Shown: piece after piece, positions 9,601-18,300 of the stretch
Layout: each line of letters begins with the position of its first letter
Position numbering within the stretch: position 1 is the stretch's first letter
The notes under the pieces: model-generated
Database searches by the model: none
What the model saw: only the letters and a program-made list of their open reading frames with translations
Told to the model about the DNA's origin: nothing
Assembly: GCA_036386835.1 (NCBI GenBank)
Contig: DASVUX010000011.1
Coordinates: 192,291 to 256,290, forward strand
Source: Bacteroidia bacterium
GTDB lineage: Bacteria > Bacteroidota > Bacteroidia > 2-12-FULL-35-15
DNA: 64,000 nucleotides
Direction: 5' to 3'
Position numbers and translations under genes: made by a program

Positions 9601-12232
9601 TTAAACCTGTTGTTGTGTAAGTTGGACTGTTCGTTCCAACGTTGGAGCCATTCACCTGCCACTGGTAGGAAGGTGATGTTCCTCCGTTTGTTGGAGTAGC
9701 GGTAAAAGTCACCGAAGTTCCTGCACAAATTGTGTTATCGGTATCGCTTGAAGCAATGTTCACGGAAGCAACAGCACCCGCAGTACTGTTAATGTTAATG
9801 TCATCCAGGTAAAGATTCTGACCGTAGCGGTTGGTAACTTCAAACTTAACAACAATGTTCTGTCCTACATACGAAGCCAGGTTTACTGTGTCTGTATCCC
9901 AGTCAGCTGCAACTGAAGGAGTGAAGGTAGCGTTTGTAGTCCCGCTTGTTGCCAGCTGTACGCCTTTTTTATAATACACTGCGGAGCCGTATGTTGCACC
10001 GCAATCCGTGGAAACATAGACTCTTAATTCATCATGATAATTATTAGGAGATGCGGCATCATTATAATATCTGTATGCTCTTTTGAATGTCATTCTTGGA
10101 GCAGTGGCACCAACAAGACTAATAGGACTTGAGAGAAGGTTATCCACCTGCATTGTGTCCGTATTATAGTTCCAGCACTCAATCGCAGCGCTGCCTGCGG
10201 CACTACCCGTGTTACCTGCGGCAGGTCTTCTTACAAGACCTTTGGCACCTGCTGTTCCCCATGCAGCTGAAGGTGCATCAGCATTCTGAACCGACCAGCC
10301 TGTGGGAGGAAAAGTTGCGCCTTCAAAATTCTGCACAACCGGTAATGCTCCTCCTGATATTGGAGTTATATAACTCGTCTTTATTTCACTGTCATTCCCG
10401 CTTGCGTTTGTAGCTAGAAGTGTGACTGTGTAAGGTCCAACGGTATTAAATTGCACCTGCGGGTGCTGGGAAGCTGCAGTTGTACCTCCAACATAAGTAA
10501 CAGAAGTCGGGCTGAATGTCCATGCCCACGAAGTCGGGGTGTTTGTGGAAATATCAGTAAACGTTACTGTTGAACCTACGCAGGGCGCTGTGTTGCTCGC
10601 TGTAAAATTTGCTACCGGAGCCGCCGGACCGCATGTAGGGAGCTGAAAGGAAAAGATCCGTGTTCTCGCTGCGCTGGCACCTGTGGTACCTCCCATGTAT
10701 TCTGAAGTACACCAGAAGGTTACTCCGTCAGGGTCAAGCACAAGTTGTGAATAGTCACCATCACGGTTAACACCGCCTGTTTGCGAACCTGTACCTGCAA
10801 TTGCGACAGACTCTGTTACAGGCATTGTACCTAACGGATCACAAGGCCTGCGTCCAGCATAATACAATCCAGGATAAATAGATGTCGCATCCGATTTCAG
10901 GTATGTAAATCCGATTGCACCGTTATTGTCCATCGCGATTCCACCCATCCATCTTGTAGCAGCATCAGGTGTGTATGTACCTTCCTGGTAAATTGACCAC
11001 GCTCCTGTTGATTGATTCTGGCGTAATTCGCACCATTTTAAGCTTCTTTGAGATGCACTTATCCTAACGGCCCATGTCAGACATACTGTATTGTAACCTG
11101 CCCATGATTTCCACTGGGCACGGTAAAGTACGATGCCACCGATGCCATCAAGTTTTTGAGTAGTGTTGGGCTGCGGGATATCATCCCAGCTTGGGCTGTA
11201 TGAACCGTCAAACGGAGCGGTAGGAAGCACCCCGGCTGAAGTAATAGTAGCTGTTGGAGTTGTGGGCGTCCAGTTAACAGCCATTTTATAAATGTTTACG
11301 GCATCCGTGAATCCGCCACCCCATCCGTTATCGGAATAAGAGAAGATAGGACAAGGTGTTCCTGCGGGAGGCAAAACCCCGTCAGAAGCATCTCCTGGCA
11401 TTGGTACAAAGAACCCGCCACCCTGCGGAGGCGAAAAGTTAGTATAAACCGCTCTTGCCGCCGGATTTCCGGCAAGCATTGCTGTTCTTTCAAAAACGAA
11501 TACCCTCTGAGTCTGGTTGGAAGTCATGTAATACCCATCCTGCCAAACGCCAAACTTTAAATAATCAGGAAACTCAGGTGAAGTGAAAGTGTATGTATAA
11601 TATGAGCCTAAAGGATTATTTGTCTGCGATATCGCAATGAACATATTATTGCCGGCAGTTCCGAACTGTGAAATAAACCAGCGGTCAGCCGCTTTATCAT
11701 ACATGATGATAGGGTCACCGTCATTAGAAGTTGCCGGGGACCACAAGCTGCCCACGTTCGCTGTGGAGAGAAGCGCTCCTGTGGATTTGTTATATACCCT
11801 GAAGGTGCAGGCATTAATTGCCTGGATATAATGAGTTGAGCTTACGGATCCGGAAGGGTCCATAGGGCGGAAACCTGCTGCATTTCCTCCCAGGAAGTTC
11901 ATTATCGGGGCTTTATTGGGAACCGTACCCATTTCTCTTTGTATTGTGGCTTCATCATTCCCGTATGCCGGGCCATCCTTCTCAACTGTAAACGGGAAAT
12001 TATGCGGCTTCCGCTTTTTCCTGTCGGGGGATTCCTTCCATGCTTTAGGATGCGGGGCATTGTCATCAACGGGATTTTCTGCTGCGAGCTCACTTAAAGG
12101 ACGGGTAATGTGAAAATCCGAGCATTGGATAGCAACGGAACCGCTGCTAACTACTTGGTTCATCGGAAGTTTTTGTGCCGACAAAGCACTGAACATACAA
12201 ACGCCCGAAAGAATAAGTGTGATTTTTTTCAT
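6626..12232 (-). CDS. giant secreted cell-surface protein (1868 aa) with type-A T9SS C-terminal sorting domain, PKD/Ig-like domains and tandem Thr/Ala-rich repeat modules
   Basis: Signal peptide MKKITLILSGVCMFSALSAQ. C-terminus ...YTISLTNSKKETVKKIVVY typical of Por_Secre_tail (TIGR04183). Six ~81-aa modules (..SPDCAGQTISLNTPTV.GATYAWTGPASFTSAVQNPTRPSATAAMAGTYSVTVT..GC) and four ~76-aa modules (GCxFSTTATVxNxxGPTA). Confidence 0.8.
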   Translation of the reverse strand: MKKITLILSGVCMFSALSAQKLPMNQVVSSGSVAIQCSDFHITRPLSELAAENPVDDNAPHPKAWKESPDRKKRKPHNFPFTVEKDGPAYGNDEATIQREMGTVPNKAPIMNFLGGNAAGFRPMDPSGSVSSTHYIQAINACTFRVYNKSTGALLSTANVGSLWSPATSNDGDPIIMYDKAADRWFISQFGTAGNNMFIAISQTNNPLGSYYTYTFTSPEFPDYLKFGVWQDGYYMTSNQTQRVFVFERTAMLAGNPAARAVYTNFSPPQGGGFFVPMPGDASDGVLPPAGTPCPIFSYSDNGWGGGFTDAVNIYKMAVNWTPTTPTATITSAGVLPTAPFDGSYSPSWDDIPQPNTTQKLDGIGGIVLYRAQWKSWAGYNTVCLTWAVRISASQRSLKWCELRQNQSTGAWSIYQEGTYTPDAATRWMGGIAMDNNGAIGFTYLKSDATSIYPGLYYAGRRPCDPLGTMPVTESVAIAGTGSQTGGVNRDGDYSQLVLDPDGVTFWCTSEYMGGTTGASAARTRIFSFQLPTCGPAAPVANFTASNTAPCVGSTVTFTDISTNTPTSWAWTFSPTSVTYVGGTTAASQHPQVQFNTVGPYTVTLLATNASGNDSEIKTSYITPISGGALPVVQNFEGATFPPTGWSVQNADAPSAAWGTAGAKGLVRRPAAGNTGSAAGSAAIECWNYNTDTMQVDNLLSSPISLVGATAPRMTFKRAYRYYNDAASPNNYHDELRVYVSTDCGATYGSAVYYKKGVQLATSGTTNATFTPSVAADWDTDTVNLASYVGQNIVVKFEVTNRYGQNLYLDDININSTAGAVASVNIASSDTDNTICAGTSVTFTATPTNGGTSPSYQWQVNGSNVGTNSPTYTTTGLTNGQVVTVIMTSNLAGVTGSPATSNAITMTVNAIPSTPAVTTSSPDCAGQTISLNTPTVTGATYAWTGPASFTSAVQNPTRPSATTAMAGTYSVTVTVNGCTSAAGTASVVVNALPATPAPTSNSPVCVGSTITLSTPAVAGATYAWTGPASFTSAVQNPTRPSATAAMAGTYSVTVTTNGCTSLAGTVAVVVNNIPATPTITTSSPDCAGQTISLNTPTVAGATYAWTGPASFTSAVQNPTRPSATAAMAGTYSVTVTVGGCTSAAGTSTVVINAVPATPAVTASTPVCVGSTIALSTPTVAGATYAWTGPASFTSAVQNPTRPSATAAMAGTYSLTVTTNGCTSAAGTATVVVNAVPATPTVTTSSPDCAGQTISLNTPTVAGATYAWTGPASFTSAVQNPTRPSATAAMAGTYSVTVTVGGCTSAAGTSTVVINAVPATPAVTASTPVCVGSTITLSTPTVAGATYAWTGPAAFTSTVQNPTRPSATAAMAGTYSVTVTTNGCTSIAGTAAVTVVNGPTAQAATTTPTACGASTGTITLGATTGGTGPYAFSVNGSAFTTTTSYTALAAGSYPVVVQDANGCQFSTTATVSNSSGPTALSTSTTNATCGASNGSINIGAATGGTSPYTYSVNGSGFTTTVTYTGLAAGSYPVIVKDAAGCMFTTSATITNTPGPTAQAVSTVNATCGNANGAINIGNTTGGTAAYMYSVNGGASTTTVTYNGLAAGTYTVVVTDANSCTFSTTATVTNIPGPTATVVTSTNSNCGASDGSIMIGATTGGTAPYTYSVNGSGSTPTTSYTGFTAGTYPVVVTDANGCTFTTSANVGNTGSTPSTPTISQLGLDLTSSSASGNQWYLDGNPIAGATGQTYTVLANGTYTVVVTTGGCASAGSAPVVITSVGIVEMSNPYGLLIYPNPNDGNFNISFYSAERGNYTVEIVNALGQLIFKDDLKDFSGSYNKKMSVVEYGQGIYTISLTNSKKETVKKIVVY
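7130..8040. repeat. intragenic tandem repeat family 2 (about 4 x ~228 bp) inside the 1868-aa gene; coordinates approximate
   Basis: Protein-level modules ..GPTAxAxxTxxATCGAxxGxIxIGxxTGGTxPYxYSVNG...YTxLAAGxYxVxVxDAxGCxFxTxAxVxN repeated four times. Confidence 0.55.
8040..9500. repeat. intragenic near-identical tandem repeats (6 x 243 bp, alternating A/B sub-modules) inside the 1868-aa gene; coordinates approximate
   Basis: Nucleotide blocks at 8046-8531 and 8532-9017 are almost identical over about 486 bp. The encoded modules 3 and 5 are identical at protein level. Confidence 0.7.
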
Positions 12233-12344
12233 GAGGTATTTACTATTTTAGTTTAGAGGATGCTAAAGGTAAAAAATTGAATATATAATTCCAAGAGAAA
12301 AGCATCACAAAAACACCTCAAATTAAGGTTTCGGAACCGTTCAC

Positions 12345-12376
12345 ATAAAAAAAGCCTGTCCGGACGAACAGGCTTT
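12345..12376 (-). terminator. rho-independent terminator after the 2338-aa gene
   Basis: Inverted repeat aagcctgt / acaggctt (12352-12359 and 12368-12375) with an 8-nt loop. A plus-strand A-run precedes it, giving a U-tract on the minus strand. It lies immediately after the stop at 12396. Confidence 0.55.
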
Positions 12377-12395
12377 TAACAAAGAACAAGAATGA

Positions 12396-15300
12396 CTAAT
12401 ATACAATCATCTTCTTAACCGTTTCCGATTTTGAATTTGTAATGCCAATAGTATAGATGCCCTGCCCGAATTCAGTCACAGTTAATTGACGGATATAGCT
12501 TCCTGTGAAATCATTCAGTGTTTCAGAATACACCTTTTGGCCCAGTGCGTTCATGATCTCGATCCGGTAGTCGGCCTTTTCGTTACTAAAGAACGACAAG
12601 GAAAACTCCCCATTGTTCGGATTCGGATAAACCATAAATTCATTGGCTGCGGCTCCTTCACTTATTCCTACAGTTGTAACAGATGTAACTGCAGAGGATA
12701 CTGATGAGCATCCATTAACTGTTACTATTACAGTGTAGTTGCCATTTGCGAGGAATGTATAATTCTGACCTGTTGCTCCAGCTATTGGCGATCCATTCAG
12801 ATACCACTGATTACCGGAAGCTGCACTTGATGAAAGCACAGAACCGGATTGAGTTATTGCCGGGGCCGGCGGAACAGGATTAACCATCATGCCAATACTG
12901 TTGCTTGCCGCTGCTGAAGGGGTCGCACATAATAATGAAGATGTGAGTGTGCACGTAACTACATCACCGTTATTTAAAGCCGAAGAAGAAAAAGCCGGGG
13001 AATTGCTTCCTGCTGCAACACTGTTTACCTGCCATTGATAGACCGGGGAGCCACCTTCATTATTAACCGAAGAGCTGAATGTAACAGGATCGCCAGCACA
13101 AATAATATTTGAAGGTGATACGGAAATCATAACCGAAGGTGTAACGTTGGTTCCGACACTCATAGTAATCCCTGCAGAAGTTGCAGCCGCGGGGCTTGCA
13201 CACACAGCACCAGAAGTCATCGTGCAGGAAACCACATCACCGTCAGCCAATGTTGAAGATGAATAAACCGCAGCATTAGACCCTGCATTCACACCATTCA
13301 CCTGCCATTGATAGGCTGGCGAATTTCCCCCGTTATTCCCGGAAGCCTGGAATGTAATTGGCTGTCCGTTGCACATAGGGTTCGATCCTGAAGCAATTGA
13401 CACTGTCAGCGAAGGGATTACTACAGGATTAACAGTCATTGTAATGGCATTCGATGCTATTGTTGCAGGCGATGCACATGTGGCATTGCTCGTCAGTACA
13501 CAACTAATTATATCGGCATCAGTCAAAGCGGAATTGCTATAAGAAATTCCTGTTCCGGCATTCGACCCATTCAGCAGCCATTGATAAGCAGGACTTGAGC
13601 CGCCATTGGTTGCAACCGCTGTAAATGATGCTGCCGACCCTGCACACATCGGGTTGCTGCCTGAAGTTTGGGTAATCGTAATTGCAGGAGTTACGCCCGG
13701 GTTTACGGTTACCGTTGTAGTTCCTGCGGGGCTGGTACACCCGGAAGCGGTGACAGTCACACTATAGGTCCCTGCCATAGCAGCTGTAGCAGGTGAACGG
13801 GAAGGGTTCTGCAATGTCGAACTGAAAGATCCCGGACCACTCCATGAATAAGATGCGCCCGCAACAGTTGATGCGGTGAAGTTAATTGACGTGCCTGCAC
13901 ATACAGGGGCATTACTTCCTGCTACAGGTGCGGAAGGAACAGGATTCACCGTCATGGTTATTCCTGTGGAAGTTACACTTGCAGGACTTGCGCACCCTGA
14001 GGAGGAAGTCATGGTACATGTAACAACCTGTCCGTTTGCAAGCTGTGATGAAGAATAAGTAGTACTGTTTGATCCTACATTTGAACCGTTCACCTGCCAT
14101 TGATATACGGGAGATGTTCCTCCATTTGCCGGAGTTGCAGTAAACACAACATTTGATCCCGCACATAACGGATTCGTTCCTCCTGTCTGCACCACAGAAA
14201 CGCCAGGTGTAACAGTTGAATTGACTGCAACTACTGTTGTACCTGCCAGGCTGGTACATCCGCTTACCGTAACTGTTACACTGTAGGTTCCTGCCATGGC
14301 TGCTGTAGCTGAAGGCCTGGTCGGGTTCTGAAGTGCGGATGTGAACGAAGGTCCGGTCCAGCTATAGCCAGCACCGACCACTGCGGGTGTGCTGAGATTG
14401 ATTGAAGTGCCTGTACACACAGGGGTGTTGCTTGACGCAGTAGGCGTTGAAGGGATAGGCGTAACACCAATGCTCACAGTAGAAATATTACTCTGGCATC
14501 CGTTTACAGTAACCGAGAGTGAATAAGTTCCCGCCATAGCTGAAGTAGCGTTGGTTAATGCCGGAGGATTCCTCACGGATGCGGAATAACTGTTCGGGCC
14601 TGTCCATGAATATACCGCTCCTGCAATACTATTGGATGTCAGCGTAATAGTACCGCCTGCGCAAACCGCAGCCGGGGTTGTGCTTCCATTTATATTCGCT
14701 ATTGGTGCAGTTGGGGTAGCATTCACAGTTACCGTAGCGGTGCCCGCTGGACTGGAACATCCGTTAGTCGCGACCGTGACACTGTATGTTCCGCTCATTG
14801 CTACAGTTGCCCCCGCTCTTGCCGGATTCTGTGCCGTACTTGTAAATGATCCCGGACCCGTCCATGAATATGCCGCTCCTGTTACAGCAGGTGTGCTAAG
14901 GTTGATAGTAGCGCCTGAACATAAAGGAGAATTGGTTGTAACTACCGGGGTTGCAGGGGTTTGGTTTACTGTCGCTACAGTAGTACCGGCAGCGCTAGTG
15001 CATCCTCCAACAGTTATTGTTAAGCTGTATGTTCCAGACATTGCAGCTGTAGCAGAGGTCAATGAAGGATTCTGCAAAGCGGATGTGAACGATAAAGGAC
15101 CGGACCAGCTATAAGTTGCACCGGTAATGGTGCCTGTGGTTAAATTTAATGCGGACCCTGAACAAACAGGTCCGTTATTGGCCGCAGCCGGTGCGGCTGG
15201 TGTTGGATTTACAATAACATTCGCTGTACCAGCTGCACTTGTACATCCTCCAGAAGTTACAGTTACACTATATGTGCCCGCCATGGCTGCTGTTGCAGCA

Positions 15301-18300
15301 GGACGTGTCGGGTTCTGTACTGCTGATGTAAAGGATGCAGGGCCGCTCCATGCATAAACTGCGCCCGCAACTGCCGGGGTAGATAAAGTAATTACAGATC
15401 CCTCGCACACAGGGCTGGATGCTGTGACAGCTGGCGTTGCAGGGACTGCATTCACAACTACGACAGCTGTACCGGCTGCACTTGCACAGCCCCCCACAGT
15501 TATTGTTAAGCTGTAAGTTCCCGCCATGGCTGCCGTTGCAGAAGGCCGTGTTGGATTTTGTACTGCTGATGTAAAGGAAGCAGGACCGGTCCAGCTATAC
15601 GTTGCCCCCGTTATTGCGGGCGTTGATAAAGATATGGCAGACCCCGCACAAACCGGTGAACTTGCTGTTACTGCAGGGGCAGCGGGTGTTGAATTTACTG
15701 TGACCGCAACCGTTCCAGCTACGCTGGTACACCCCCCGGCAGTGACCGTTAAGCTATAAGTCCCTGCCATAGCTGAAGTAGCAGATGCTAAAGAAGGATT
15801 CTGCAAAGCGGATGTAAATGATGCAGGGCCGCTCCAGGAATAGGTAGCCCCGGAAACCGCAGCTGTGGAAAGATTGATAGGCGTTCCGCTGCAGACAGGC
15901 GAATTAGATGCAGGTGCAGGTGTAGCGGGCAATGCATTCACTGTCATTGTGATTGCGTTTGAAGTTGCCGGACTGCCGGTAACACCCGGTAAATTTGATG
16001 TCATCTGGCATGTAACAACCTGGCCGCTGGTTAAAGTGCTTGTAGAGTATGTGGCACTGTTTGTTCCGACATTTGCTCCGTTTACTTTCCATTGGTAAGA
16101 AGGTGTTGTGCCGCCATTGACTGGTGTGGCAGTAAATACAGCAAGCGCCCCTGCACATATCGGGTTGGTACCTGTCGTCTGGGCAATGCTTACACTTGCT
16201 GTTGGTGAGCCTGCACCGGTAAGATTAATATTATCAAGATAAAGCATCTGCCCCCAGCCTGATCTGCTGGTAAATTTGAGAGTCACATTAGCTTGTCCTG
16301 CATACGAGCTTAAGTTCACTGTTTCTGTTCTCCATTGTGTATTCGTTGGAACGAACATGCTGGTTGCATTATCAGGTGCTGTTTGCAATCCTGTATAACC
16401 GCCTTTATTATAAACGGGTGTCCAGGTCACCCCGCAATTCGTGCTGATGTAAACAATAAGCGAATCTGTATACGTACCATTGTAACGTGCATAAGCCACA
16501 TCAAATGTCAGCTGTGCAGAAGTAACGCTTGCAAAAGAATATTTTGGGGTAATAATTTCGTCAATTGTTCCGACAATAGATGCTGCCGGGGAATAATTAT
16601 CCATTGCAACGCTGGAGGTGCTTGTGCCGAACCCGCCCACTGCAGTACTCTGGGCCCAGGTAACATCTGTATCCGCGTTGGTCTGGTACCATCCGGCCGG
16701 AAGATATGGTCCCTGGAATCCTTCAGCCAAAGGCAAAGCAGAGGTTCCGCTAACTACTATATACCCCGTTTTCGTTATGGGGTTACTACCGTTTGTATTG
16801 GTTGCCGTAAGTGTAACATTATACGTACCGGGAGTATTATAACAAATGTTGGTAGGGTTCTGAAGGGTTGATGAAGTGGTTACAGCACCGGTAAAGGTCC
16901 AGCTCCAGCCTGTTGGCGCACCACTTGAAAGATCGGTAAAATTAATGCAATCACCGGCACAGATATTTGTCCTGTTCGCTGAGAAATCTGCGACAGGAGG
17001 TGAAGTCCCCGGAGTAGCGAGATCTGACTGCCATACTCCACGGCCAAAAGTTGCTGCGCGCAACTTAGATGCGCCATAATGAATCTCCAGCTCTCTTACG
17101 CTTACGTTAGGAAGCCCTGTGTTGTAAGCGGTCCAGGCAGCTGAAGAGTTATCCCGGGTATAAACTCCAACATCCGTTCCGACATATAATACATCCGTTG
17201 GTGAACTGTTTTGGTAAACGATGCAGTTGGCTGGAATGTTCGGGAGGCCTGTTGAATAATTGGTCCATGTAACACCGGCATCAGGCGAATACCATACTTT
17301 ATTGGCAGCAGAATATCCTGAAAATGTTACCCAGACATGGGCAGGGTTGTTAGAAGCGACAGTTATATAAGTAATGGCAGCCGATGCAACAGGAAGTGTT
17401 CCTGTCCTGTCAACAAAACTTGTCCCGCTGTTAACAGATGCATAGAACTTGTTGATCTTTGCCATATACAGATAGTTACTGTCGGTTGGAGCATAAGCCA
17501 GTGCACAGATATTTCCTGTTCCACCTGTCACTGTCCCTAAAGCCGTCCATGCGGTCCCGCGGTTCCTGGAACGATAAGCCTGAGCCTTACCAACAATCAT
17601 TGTTGAAGCCTTTTGCGGGTTGAGAATGTATGGAGTTACCCAATCACCATCAGCATTAACACCTGTTCCACCGGATTGAACGATCGTTGTTGTTAAATTT
17701 CCACCTGTTGTAGTCCTGTTGATCTCACCATAATACAACTCTCCGTATTGAACATTTGCATTTGACCAGTCAATCGCTGCTTCCATTCCATCACCGCCTA
17801 AAGGCCTTGACCATGTAGTTGTACCGCTCCACCTGTTGGTGCCATTATCCTGCCAGCCTGTAAGAAGTAAATTAGCATTTGTTGCTGATAAACCTATCCT
17901 GTAGATCTGGGCAATCTGTAAGCCGTTGCTAAGATCGCTCCATGCGGTTCCCGAATTTGTGGTTTTGAACAGACCGCCATCACAGCCCGCGAAATAAGTT
18001 GTAGAGCTCCCGGGAATAAATTCCAAAGCATGGCAATCTGCATGCACATAAGGGGCACCGCTTCCTGTCCAATGTGCATTGATTGTCCAGTTAGTCCCTC
18101 CGTTTGTCGAGCGCCAGATATTCACCCCGCCCACAATGACTATGTCTGCATTTGTTGGCGAGGCAGCCAGGGCAAGATCATACCAGCCCTGGCCGCCTGC
18201 ATCGGAACCTGTGTTAGACCAACCAAGTATGTTTGGAGTTGTTGCACGCGTTGTAAAGTTCAACCCGCTGTCGGTTGAGCGGTATAACCCCTGGAACCCA

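Noticed and set aside
14632-15114. Plus-strand ORFs of 76-160 aa antisense to the giant minus-strand genes (14632-15114, 15127-15357, 15526-15759, 9018-9374 and others)
   Set aside because: Ala/Val/Thr/Gly-rich translations are artefacts of the GC-rich, low-complexity repeat codons on the opposite strand. There is no signal-peptide or domain signature, and they sit entirely within better-supported genes.
7100-16100. Highly regular ~243-bp direct repeats that could at first glance suggest a CRISPR-like array or satellite
   Set aside because: They lie inside long intact ORFs and translate into in-frame protein modules (Ig-like/PKD). The period is far longer than CRISPR repeats and there are no unique spacers. 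They are called intragenic coding repeats instead.
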